DNA of 64,000 bases. Origin: an uncultured Nitrospinota bacterium (lineage in GTDB: Bacteria > Tectomicrobia > Entotheonellia > J063 > CAVPRW01). Location: NCBI GenBank assembly GCA_963707985.1, contig CAVPRW010000013.1, positions 32,001 through 96,000 on the forward strand, written 5' to 3'. The first letter of the stretch is position 1, and each line of letters opens with the position of its first letter. Of this stretch, positions 41,481 to 51,173 are shown piece by piece. The notes beneath the pieces are model-generated. The model was not told the origin of the DNA and searched no databases. It saw only the letters and a program-made list of their open reading frames with translations. The translations under genes and the position numbers were made by a program.

Positions 41481-42833
41481 TCAGGAGTCGAGCTCCAGCT
41501 CGCGGATCAGGGGCGCCACATGCTCCACGGACTCGATCGCCCTGAGCTGCCGCTCCAGGTCGGCCACCCTCCGGCTCTCCAGACGTAATCCTACCAGGTC
41601 CCGGAACTTCTGCTGGATCTCTGCCGCAGTCATCAGCGGGTACCGCAGGTCCTGACGCAGCACCTCGCCACTGCGGGTGCGCACCGTCAGGCCCATGTCC
41701 AGCCGCTGTCCCATGTTGGCGGGCTCTGGCCGGGGGAGAATGAAGACTCGAGCCCGGTCCCGGAAGGCCTGCACCCGAGGGTCCTCCCGATAGCTGGGGT
41801 CATGAATGTGCTGGAAGGTGATCTCACCGTACACCGCGGCCAGCGCGAGGATGGTCTCCAGGTGCACCGACGGATGGCGATTGGTCATGACCGTGTGGAA
41901 GGCGCTCCGCGACACAGACACCTCGATCTGCTCGATGTCCTCGGCCGCCAGTTCGTGCGACCTGATCAGGTGCAGGAAGGCATAGAGCGGCGTCTGGTCG
42001 GGCCCCCCCACCGGGTAGCGTTTATAGGCGATCTGGCGCATCAGGTACTGCTCACCTAACCCCTCCACTACCTCGTGGCCGACGCCGGGGAGCCCCAGAA
42101 AGGCGTCGAAAAAGCCGTGTTCGATGCTCAAGACCTCCTTGGGGCCATGGAACCCCTCCTGCGCCAGCAGCGCGGAGAGCACCCCCGCCTCCGCGGCGCG
42201 GCCATGGTTCAACGACTTGATCTGATGCAAGGGTTCGCGGTGGTGGCTGGAGAGGCCACACGCCCCTGAGGCGGCCAGACCCAGGGCATCCTCCAGCTGC
42301 CCGGCATCCAGGCCCAGTAAGAGGCCAGCGACGACCGCCGCGCCCAGGGCACCTCCCACGCTGGCGGTGAATTGGCTCCGGGTGCCGTAGTGGCCCAGGA
42401 GGCTTTGTAGACGGGCCGCTACCTCCGATCCTAGGGCCAGCGCCCGGATGAACGCCTGGCCTGACGCGTCCACGTACTGCCCGACGCTGAGCGCGGTCGG
42501 CACCGTGGTGGCCGCATAGTGCCCTGTGCCGTGCTGACCGGTGGAATCCACCTCATCGCCATGCCCAATGGTGCCGTTGGCCAGGGCCGCCTGCGTGACC
42601 GAGGTCCGCACCGAGTGCCCCACAATGCTGCACGGCCCCGGAGGACTCAGCCGGCGCACCAGCGCCACCACCGGCTGGCATGACGACAGGGTGGCGCTGG
42701 CGAGCATACACCCCACTTGGTCGTATAAAAGGGTCACCGTCTCCTGGCGCACCTCCGCCGGGAGGTCCCCATAGGAAGTTGAACACACCCAGCGGCACAA
42801 CGTGGCGGTGGGACTGGTCGTCGAGGTCATCAT
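41481..42833 (-). CDS. MmgE/PrpD family protein
   Basis: AALANGTIGHGDEVD..GH, KSLNHGRAA, GFHGP..., KRYPVG and QKFR motifs. Confidence 0.9.
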   Translation of the reverse strand: MMTSTTSPTATLCRWVCSTSYGDLPAEVRQETVTLLYDQVGCMLASATLSSCQPVVALVRRLSPPGPCSIVGHSVRTSVTQAALANGTIGHGDEVDSTGQHGTGHYAATTVPTALSVGQYVDASGQAFIRALALGSEVAARLQSLLGHYGTRSQFTASVGGALGAAVVAGLLLGLDAGQLEDALGLAASGACGLSSHHREPLHQIKSLNHGRAAEAGVLSALLAQEGFHGPKEVLSIEHGFFDAFLGLPGVGHEVVEGLGEQYLMRQIAYKRYPVGGPDQTPLYAFLHLIRSHELAAEDIEQIEVSVSRSAFHTVMTNRHPSVHLETILALAAVYGEITFQHIHDPSYREDPRVQAFRDRARVFILPRPEPANMGQRLDMGLTVRTRSGEVLRQDLRYPLMTAAEIQQKFRDLVGLRLESRRVADLERQLRAIESVEHVAPLIRELELDS

Positions 42834-43098
42834 CGCTCCCTCCCTTTGGCATCTGACGTAGGCTCGCGAATCAATACGCTACGCCTGCCCATGGCCTCCA
42901 TGCCTGCGTACATCCGATTTCGGCTAGCAGTATAGACCTTGGCGGGCGAGGACACAATCAGGACCGACACTAGGCCAGAGCTACCGTGGTCCACGATCCC
43001 ACCGTTGAGCATGGTTGTAGTCCGCAAAAATGTTATCATCCCGGGTTCTTTTCAGACCATGGCTCCCTAGGATGACCACTGACACGCCTTGCTAGGGT

Positions 43099-43539
43099 TC
43101 ACGGGAGAGAGACCTCGGGCGGATCATCGATCCAGTTGGCCAACTGCGCCGGGGGAAGCACATCGCGGAAGTCCACCTGATTGCGGGTGACCAGGATATG
43201 CTGCCCTGCGACGACGGTGGCCGCAATCATCAGGTGGGCATAACGCTGCCGTCGGCGATGCCGCTGCCGGAGGTCGTCCACTACGGTCGCACTGGCGGCA
43301 TCAAACACCACGAAGTGGAATTGGGCGAGCATCTGCTACGTGTCCAGCAACCGTCGGTGTGCCAGGGGTGCCTCAGCCGGCGTCACTTTCAGGGCAAAGT
43401 CGCACCGCCCACGGAGCACTTCAGCGACAACCACCGATGGCAGGGCGATCTCGGACCACGGCACGCGCAGCAGATACGAGCGCAACGTCGTGTGCCCCTG
43501 CCCAAAGGCGCGGAGGATATTCGCCTCCCAGAGATACAT
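43099..43539 (-). pseudogene. PIN-domain toxin with in-frame TAG
   Basis: MYLWEANIL...VVAEVLRG...LDT*QMLAQF...HLMIAAT......LVTRNQVDF. TAG at 43336-43338; the two ORFs are in the same frame. Confidence 0.8.
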
Positions 43540-43544
43540 CCGCG

Positions 43545-43853
43545 CTATTCCACATCCCGCGTGGCCTCGCGATGCTGCTCGAGGTCATCAAAGAGGGCGT
43601 CCCATGTGGGGTCGGCCTTGGCCTCACCGAACCACTCCCAGGGCACGCCGCGAGGCTGTGCGATCACCCGAGGCTGCTGGGGGATGTCAATCTGGACGAT
43701 CTTACTGCGGCTCATCAGCTGTGCAATCGCCTCACGCGCCAGCCGAATGGCGTCGTCGCGCGTGGCGGCTTCAATCGTGCCCGCTGGGAGGGCCGGGATC
43801 GTCACCTGGATACCGCCAGCAGTCTTTTCGGTGAGAATCAGCCTGTATTGCAT
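43545..43853 (-). CDS. HicB-like antitoxin
   Basis: YRLILTE..GG..VTIPALP...EAATRDDAIRLAREAI (HicB N-terminal fold), with an acidic C-terminus DPTWDALFDDLEQHR. Confidence 0.7.
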   Translation of the reverse strand: MQYRLILTEKTAGGIQVTIPALPAGTIEAATRDDAIRLAREAIAQLMSRSKIVQIDIPQQPRVIAQPRGVPWEWFGEAKADPTWDALFDDLEQHREATRDVE

Positions 43854-43882
43854 CGCCCTTTCTCCTCAGCGTATCGAAGTCG

Positions 43883-44545
43883 TGTGCTTCGCGACAAACG
43901 TGCGGCCCCATCAGGCCACCTTCATGTCCAGCCGGTATTCATGGTGCAAGCCGTCCAGGATTGAGCGGGCCACCACAGGTAGATGCGGTGGAAGCCGGTA
44001 CCGGTGGGCTTGTCGCGGTACTGGTGAGTGTGGGGGCGGTTGCGGCATCCCTGGACCTAACGCCATGTGCGGGCGGCCTGCGTTGTAATGGCATACCCAA
44101 GCACGCAGGAGGCGGCGCAAGTGGTTCTCGGTGAGTGGGATCAGAAAGTCCAGACACTCCCGCCGGAGTGTCCCCAGGAGCCGCCATCCGAGTCGCCTGC
44201 GTGGGACGATGTGGCTTGACCTGGCATTCCTAATACAGGGCCAGCTGTTTGCGCAGAAAGAGATTTTCTGCGGCGAGTGTGGGGCTGGGGCGCAGGCAGA
44301 GGAAGAGGAAGCGCAGGCCATCGCACAGAAGCGTCAGTAGCGTATAGATGAGCGGTATGAAGGTTCGGAGCCGGTGCGTAAACGGTGTCATCGCCAAGGT
44401 GTTCCCCTGAGATAAAGGTTGTTATCCCTGGCTATTATCCCTGCTCGGACGTCTCTCGTCTAGTGCTGTTTCGCGCCCAGTTCCGTGCGGGCTGGCCGCA
44501 CGCCATCCCGCTGACGACATAGAGATGTAATAATTGCGGAGCACA
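43883..44545 (-). mobile_element. Internally deleted IS481/integrase-core element
   Basis: Ends TGTGCTTCGC (43883) and GCGGAGCACA (44545) are inverted repeats. N-terminal LAAENLFLRKQLALY is joined to C-terminal GTLRRECLD...HYNAGRPH...GLHHEY. Confidence 0.78.
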
Positions 44546-44634
44546 GGGGCGTCCTGAGGATGGACAACTGGAGAGGGAGAGAGCAGGTCACCGTGAGGCC
44601 CCTAAACCAAACTTATGTTACCCCGCAAATGGTC

Positions 44635-44662
44635 TTGACAATGGGGTACACCTCATTATGTT
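44635..44662 (+). promoter_or_regulatory. Putative sigma70 promoter
   Basis: TTGACA-16 bp-TATGTT upstream of the DUF4157 gene. Confidence 0.4.
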
Positions 44663-44882
44663 GGGGTCAGTAGGATGTTAGGCGGCGCGATGCTGCGGCC
44701 TAACATGCGTCACATTTGGTTTGAGCAGGATACGGCAGGATGCTAGAATGCAGGCTCTTTTAAGAGATGGCTCCCTTCTAATGGCTTGGCGCTAGACTGG
44801 CGCACTTGCAGGGTTTCACGACTCCATTCGGCAGTCTAATCAGCGTTAGGCAGCGACGCGGCAACTGAATAGGAGATGGAAC

Positions 44883-46265
44883 ATGCAAACCTGTGCACGA
44901 AAGCAGAATCAACCGCAAAAGCCAGTCTCCTCCAACCTTGCTCGGTCTCACACGGCAATATCAAGGCTCAATCATCGCGCAGATCTTAGGCTGCACTTGC
45001 AACGCACGATTGGGAATCAAGCCGTGCAACGGATGTTGCAGACTCATGTTGAAGAACTCAATGCCGGATTGACCGGTACGGCATCACCTCACTTTGGGCA
45101 CGATTTTAGCCGGATTCCCATACATCCTCCTGCAGCAGGAGCGATACAAGCGAAATTAGCGATCAACAAGCCGGGAGACGAATATGAGCAGGAGGCAGAC
45201 CGCGTCGCTGAGCGGGTGATGTGGCTGCCTGAGCCGGGACTCCAGCGTGTTTGCGCCTGCGGGGGAGACTGCCCCACGTGTCAGACAGAGCAATCGGGCC
45301 AAGAACATGAGCACGTGCAGACTATGCGAGCCGGGTCAAGCGACTTGGGACAGACCTCAGTACCGTCCATCGTCCACGAAGCATTGCGCTCACCCGGTCA
45401 ATCTCTCGACCCAACGCTCCGTGCTTTCATGGAATCACGCTTCGGTCGTGATTTTAGTGGAGTGCGGGTCCACTCGGACGCGCGGGCGGCAGAGTCGGCA
45501 CAAGCGGTGAATGCGTCGGCCTACACAGTCGGGCAAGACATCGTGTTTGGCGCGGGGCAATATAGACTGGGGATGGTAGCGGGCAAGCGACTGCTGGCGC
45601 ACGAACTGACCCACGTCGTGCAACAGACAAGTCCCGCCGTGAAGGTGAATGCCGCCTCGGCCTCCCTCGAAGAGCGTACCTCACGGGCACGGCGAGATAG
45701 CACCGGCCGCGACGCTGCCGGACTGCCCCCGAATGCCGAACGCCAGACGGCGACGGTCTCTCCCGCACCCACAACACTTCAGCGAACCGTCAATAAAGAC
45801 TTTCCGGAAGCGCCACTCAAACCGACTCCGGAAGCACCACTCACGCCGACTTCCAAGTGTCCAGATGGATTCACGCTGAAGCATCGGGCAACCTGGTTAC
45901 GCTGTGACGAGACGAGTGGGACGCGAAGGTCAGGCTGTGCATTTTGTAATAACGGGGAGCAAGAATCGAATTGCGCAGAGATTTTGAAATTGCTCGGCAA
46001 CTATCGAGTCATTGCTCCCATTGAGGGAAGATGCGGAAGTAAGTTTCAGATTACGACCCCCCAGCCGGGTGCGCCCGTCATTGATGTGGTCAAGGCAGAA
46101 ATACCCGGCGGCGACACACAGTTGGATATCAATCAAGGCGTGATCACGGAGCTTGGCCTGGATGTGAAGACGGGCCGTTACGATGTCTGTCTCAAAGGCC
46201 CCACAGGCCACGACGATAGACTGGTCATATCTGGCGGCTCGGCGTGCCAAAAACCAAAGAAGTAG
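44883..46265 (+). CDS. DUF4157 (eCIS core domain) protein with Cys-rich C-terminal domain
   Basis: LQRTIGNQAV, IQAKLAIN.PGDEYEQEADRVA, MESRFGRDFSGVRVH, AYTVGQDIVFG and LLAHELTHVVQQ. Confidence 0.9.
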   Translation: MQTCARKQNQPQKPVSSNLARSHTAISRLNHRADLRLHLQRTIGNQAVQRMLQTHVEELNAGLTGTASPHFGHDFSRIPIHPPAAGAIQAKLAINKPGDEYEQEADRVAERVMWLPEPGLQRVCACGGDCPTCQTEQSGQEHEHVQTMRAGSSDLGQTSVPSIVHEALRSPGQSLDPTLRAFMESRFGRDFSGVRVHSDARAAESAQAVNASAYTVGQDIVFGAGQYRLGMVAGKRLLAHELTHVVQQTSPAVKVNAASASLEERTSRARRDSTGRDAAGLPPNAERQTATVSPAPTTLQRTVNKDFPEAPLKPTPEAPLTPTSKCPDGFTLKHRATWLRCDETSGTRRSGCAFCNNGEQESNCAEILKLLGNYRVIAPIEGRCGSKFQITTPQPGAPVIDVVKAEIPGGDTQLDINQGVITELGLDVKTGRYDVCLKGPTGHDDRLVISGGSACQKPKK

Positions 46266-46352
46266 CCGGAGAAAACGAGGACGGAGACTGGGAAAAAGTG
46301 GCGTTGTCAACTTATCGTCCGTTGACGGAATGGTTCGGCTAAAAAGTGCATG

Positions 46353-47191
46353 GGTTCTGTTGCAAGAATGGCTGGTGATCTGCTCCAACGGGCCATACGA
46401 TGTGACCCCCAATCACCGGAGACCGGCCCTGAGTGATCCTTCCCTGCTCAAAGGGCGCCACTTTGAAGCCGACATCATTCGCTGTGCGGTGCGGTGGTAC
46501 CTGCGGTATGCCTTGAGCTATCGTGATATGGAAGAACTCCTGCGGGAACGAGGCATCTTTGTCGATCATACAACCGTATTTCGCTGGGTCCAACGCGATG
46601 CGCCAGAGCTGGACCGACGGTGTCGACCGCAGCTCAACGCGACGAATGATTCGTCTCGTGTGGACGAGACGTACATCCGGATCAGGAAGCCATGGTACTA
46701 CCTCTACCGGGCCGTGGACTCCACGGGCGCCACGCTGGACTTCATGCTGATTCCCACGCGCGATGCGGAGGCGGCTGGGCGCTTCTTCCGCCAGGTGCTC
46801 CACGCCTCACATGCGCTCACGCCTCGAGTGATCACCGTCGACAAGAACGCCGCCTATCCACTCGCCTTCGAGAGCCTTCAGCAGGAGAAGATGCTCCCGG
46901 AGACCTGTCAGCGCAGACAATGCAAGTACTTGAATAACATCGCGGAACAGGATCATTGGTGTGTGAAACGCCGCGTGAATCCGGGGTTGGGGTGTGGGGC
47001 GTTTGCCACGGCACAGCGAACGATTCAGGGCTATGAAGCCATGCACAGGCTCCGCAAAGGCCAGATCGAGGGGATGGTCAAGGGGGATGTTCTCGCCCAG
47101 AACCGCGTCATCAACCAGCGGTTCGAGTTGGCCGCATAACGAGCGCTCGCCCGCCTCTCCTCACACTCTTACCTGTTTTTGCAACACAACC
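46353..47191 (+). mobile_element. IS6-family insertion sequence (839 bp), transposase lacking a clear ATG
   Basis: TIRs GGTTCTGTTGCAA / TTGCAACACAACC; KGRHFEADII..AVRWYLRY.LSYRD, VDETY, TVDKNAAY and KYLNNIAEQDH. No flanking direct repeat seen. Confidence 0.9.
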
Positions 47192-47702
47192 CAGATATCT
47201 GTCAGACGTTACGGATCTCACGGGGCGGGGCCATACCACTCGTGTCGTCGGGGATCACCCGTTACTCTTTGTCACGGTTCCCCTGGAGGAAGCAGCACAG
47301 GGGAATACGTAGGGCTTGAGCAAACCTCGCCAACGTGTCCGATGTCCCCGCAGTCGTGTGCGACATGCCGGAGGGCCAGTCAGGTCGGCTTCCATGCGCA
47401 TAGGAGTCAAAGATGTTGTGACGGGGTTTGCCACGGAGGAGTGAGCGGAGAGATCAGGGCATCACAGGGCGGGATACGCCGCGCCCAAAATTTCTCCGTT
47501 TCACCGAAAAAGCCAAGTCGGCAAATCTTCCACTCCCGCGCGAGCGTTTAAGAAGTTTACGAATACTCCCGCGCGTGTTCCCTGACCTGGAAGAGATGGA
47601 AAAACACCCCTGCGGCATAGCCCCCCAGATCTGTATGCTCTCGAGGTCCTCGGGATTGGTCCTCGGCGGGATGCGGCCAATTAGGTTTCAAAAGGAGTCC
47701 CC

Positions 47703-48138
47703 ATGAACAATAAACCAGAGCATGACGCCCCTCTGAGGGTCTTGGCTTCGCTCCTGAGCAGTGCCGCCCCTGCAGGGTATCGCTTGACGGTGGAAGTAGA
47801 GAACGTCAGGAACGCGCAGGGCGTCGTCGGCGTGCTGGTGTTCAATACGGCGCAGGGCTGGCCGGAGCAATTTTCAGCGGCGCTGCGGGCACAAAGCGAC
47901 AGCCGCCCACCCAGGGGTGGTGGAAATTACCATCCCGGATCTGCCAGCGGGCGATTACGCCGTGGTGGCGCTGCATGATGAAAACACCAACCAGCAGCTG
48001 GACCGCAACTGGCTGGGCGTCCCGGTGGAGCAGTGGGGGATGTCCAACAATCCACCCTACTGGTTTGCGGCACCTTCGTTTGAGGCGGCGCGATTCCGGT
48101 TGGAGCAGGATCTACGCATCTGGGTCATGCTGCATTAG
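47703..48138 (+). pseudogene. DUF2141-family protein, frameshift near 47895
   Basis: LTVEVENVRNAQGVVGV in one frame; GDYAVVALHDENTNQQLDRNWLGVPVEQWGMSNNP..APSFEAARF in the next. Confidence 0.8.
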
Positions 48139-48972
48139 CGACGGGCAGCTGCCTCGGCCTGAGCCGTGAAGAGGTTTGGCTGGAACGGGCTTCGGCCTGC
48201 ACCACGCCATGGACTGACATGATCAGAGCGGTGCCGCCCCGTGGAATCTTGGGTTCAGCGTCGATCGTGTGAGATGGGCTCTTACGCACTTTTGGTGATT
48301 CCGGTTCACGGAAGCAACATTGCCACGAGCGAGGAGCGGATGGCGGCCACGCCTGCTGGGCGAGGTCGCGCGCGATGTCAAAGGCGCGAGCATATCGCTC
48401 ATTGCCGTAGCAGCGGTCATTGGCCGCGATCCCGTCGAAGCCCATCCCCTCACCTTCCAAGACATGGCCTGCATACGGAACGGAGAAATACTTGAGGATC
48501 GGGTCACCTCCGTCTCAAACCTGATCCGGTCGATGACACCCTAGTGTTGCACCTGATTGAGCTTGCGTTCAAAGCCCCACAGGTCGGAATGCGTAGAATT
48601 GGGCATTCGTGCTGGTGAAGGACGGGGTAGTGAAAGCCCGGTTCGCCTGTTTATACCGCATGGCCTGGAAGCGTATATGGCCATATCGGCCGACGCCTGA
48701 CGGCTCGCGACCCGAAGATGTCACGGCAGTGCGATGCGGTGCAGTGCAGTGGCCGGTGGAGCCTGTCGACGCGATCTCCGTGCTGGTGATGGCCGCCTAC
48801 ACGACCTCCGGCCCGTCTGGTCCTGTCGGGAGCGAGATGATCTCCAGAGAAGTTTCCGGCAGGCCGCCATATGCAGCGATAGCCCCCGGAATCGTGAGTG
48901 CCCCACATTTGATTGGGAGACACCGCTGCCGCTTCTGTGGCGATTGGACGGCCTCCCATCGCCTGAGCATTG

Positions 48973-50172
48973 TCACGCAAGCATGCCCGCGGCTTCGATA
49001 TCCCTGGTGAGATCGACTTCTCGCGCATGTTGCTGTGGAGTATCCGTGAAGGCAATCGCTGCGAGTTCTCTCTCGGCTGCAGCGATAATGCGTTGTACCC
49101 CTGCTTGACCGATTAGCCCGACTTTGAAGGCCTCGACTGCAGCTCCGACGTATGTGTCGAAAAAGATGACCCCTTTGCTGCGCCAGTGGTCTCGCTCCTC
49201 TACCGACGTCCCAAGCACGTCGTGTATGAAGATCCCTCGGACCCCGCCTGGAAATGCCGCCCAGATCCGTTCTCCGAAGAGTGCATCCCCTTGACCACTG
49301 TCACCGATAAACACAAAGCCGTATTCTGGAAAGAGTTCTTGATACTGGACAAAATTGTCATACTTTTTCGCCGCGATGCTTGCATTTCCCACCAGGTGGC
49401 CGAAGCCCCCGGAGAGGACCGTGAAGTCCGTGGTGATCCCCTTTTGACGAAGAGCGTTCTTGGTGTATGCCTCAATACTCCCACTCCGGACCGTCGGCCG
49501 AGCCGTGAGAAACGCCAGATGGCCCAGATGGCTGAGGTCAGCGTTAGGTCCGCGCATGAGTTCCGTGTAATACTGGATGACGCCTGGATAGGTGGGGGTG
49601 GTCCTTCGAGGATAGCGGGGGTCTCTGAAGTTCGGGTAGAAGGTATCATCGATGTCGCTCAGCACTTTAATGGCCGCAAGAGCGTTCGTTTTGCCTTCCT
49701 TGGCGATATGTGCGCATATGGTGCAGCGAATCCCAACATCGTCGATATCCGTAAAGAGCAACTGCTGGAGATCCCGATAATCAGGGCCGGCATCGATGGC
49801 GTTCTTGAGGGCGGTCAGCGTTGAACCGTGTGTGCCGAGGAAGATGTCGCGGATGGCTTGTTCAGCCTGACGGCCCGTCTGTCCTTGCTGCCACGCGTTG
49901 ACGAGGGCCACGCGAGCGTTCACACGCAACTCGGCCAGACGGTCGACGATCAGGAGGGTGTACAGCCTGGTCCGGTTCTTCTCACCAGTGAGGTGATCAT
50001 CAACGGCCCTGAACAGATGGCTGACGTCGAGTGTCTCCAGCAATTCGTTCAGCTGATTCGCATCAGCTTTTCCAAAGATGCTCAGGATGGAGGCTTCCTC
50101 GTGGCGATCGGTGCGACCATCCAGCCATGTTGTGATGTCGTCAATCCATTGTGCAATCGTGCTGTCCATCAA
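48973..50172 (-). CDS. App1/DUF2183-like HAD phosphatase with helical N-terminal region
   Basis: KVLSDIDDT (DxDxT), YPGV, FLTARP, FPEYGFVFIGDSGQGD and IFIHDV. Confidence 0.8.
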   Translation of the reverse strand: MMDSTIAQWIDDITTWLDGRTDRHEEASILSIFGKADANQLNELLETLDVSHLFRAVDDHLTGEKNRTRLYTLLIVDRLAELRVNARVALVNAWQQGQTGRQAEQAIRDIFLGTHGSTLTALKNAIDAGPDYRDLQQLLFTDIDDVGIRCTICAHIAKEGKTNALAAIKVLSDIDDTFYPNFRDPRYPRRTTPTYPGVIQYYTELMRGPNADLSHLGHLAFLTARPTVRSGSIEAYTKNALRQKGITTDFTVLSGGFGHLVGNASIAAKKYDNFVQYQELFPEYGFVFIGDSGQGDALFGERIWAAFPGGVRGIFIHDVLGTSVEERDHWRSKGVIFFDTYVGAAVEAFKVGLIGQAGVQRIIAAAERELAAIAFTDTPQQHAREVDLTRDIEAAGMLA

Positions 50173-50184
50173 GTGTTCCTTCTT

Positions 50185-50904
50185 TTATACGGCGAGGTTT
50201 TCCGAATAATACACAATGGCATGATCATAGAGTGGATCCGTCTTTCCATCCAAGTCGCGAATGGTGACCACATGGCCATGGTGACCATAACCAAAAGGGA
50301 ATTCGGGGGGCACCTTGGTGACGGGGTCAGCCCCGTTCACATAGCGCGTATGACTTTTCGCTTTGAACACCAGATCGACATGACGTCCGACTCTCGGCTC
50401 CCCAAAGGTGACCACCTCTTCGAACGGATACCGCATGCCAGCCAGTGTTGCCATGGCTCCACCAAGGCTATGGCCAGTCACCCATACGGGAATCCCGACA
50501 GTATGTCGCTCCAGGTCAGGCACAATCTGCGTCTGCCAAAGCTTATCGATCTCTCGCAGAAACCCGAGGTGAACCTCCACGTGCTCATGCCCGTCGAAAG
50601 GCATCTTGTTGAATTGTAAATCCGCCAGGACATCGTCGTTACTGAAGAAGGCCAGTAAAGGTGAGTCACGTTCGAGTCCGAGAAAGGTCTTGATCCTTTC
50701 GAGAACACTCTCTTCCCTATCCGTCAGCCTTCCTGGTGTCCCTTCGTGCAGTTGCGTCCCTCGAAACGACAAAACTGCCCTGTCCGGCCACACGGCGAGA
50801 AACGCCTGTGCCCCCGCCTCATCATAGACACGAGTCGTCATTGCTCCGAAAGTCACCATCAAGTCGGTGATCTCCGCGTCATCGAGATAGGCTGTGTGCG
50901 CCAT
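50185..50904 (-). CDS. Lipase class 3 family protein
   Basis: LSFRGT, VHLGF, VTGHSLGGAMA, TFGEPRVG, DPVTKVPP and DHAIVYY. Confidence 0.9.
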   Translation of the reverse strand: MAHTAYLDDAEITDLMVTFGAMTTRVYDEAGAQAFLAVWPDRAVLSFRGTQLHEGTPGRLTDREESVLERIKTFLGLERDSPLLAFFSNDDVLADLQFNKMPFDGHEHVEVHLGFLREIDKLWQTQIVPDLERHTVGIPVWVTGHSLGGAMATLAGMRYPFEEVVTFGEPRVGRHVDLVFKAKSHTRYVNGADPVTKVPPEFPFGYGHHGHVVTIRDLDGKTDPLYDHAIVYYSENLAV

Positions 50905-51173
50905 GTTCGACAGTACCCAGTGCCGGTTCGTCCGCCATTGACGGTCATAATCATGTGTATTGAATACCAGGGGAAATGGCTTAAATTTATGGGGGAAAAA
51001 ACAGCGTCGAGCGACTTGCGCATCTGGTTTTTCTCCTTTGACAAGAGAGCCCTCTTCTCAGGTGTTTCGACCACAGTGCATCACCACGGGCCTATCGAAG
51101 GCGAGGGAGCCTTAGTCCCAGGTGTAGACCTCGGGGCACCAAGCCGGACGTGCGTCCCACGAGGTCGCGTGCG

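Noticed and set aside
45804..45851. 24-bp tandem duplication (PEAPLKPT/PEAPLTPT)
   Set aside because: Ordinary two-copy linker duplication within a CDS.
47532..47575. ACTCCCGCGCG direct repeat 33 bp apart upstream of DUF2141
   Set aside because: Only two short GC-rich copies and no cognate regulator nearby.
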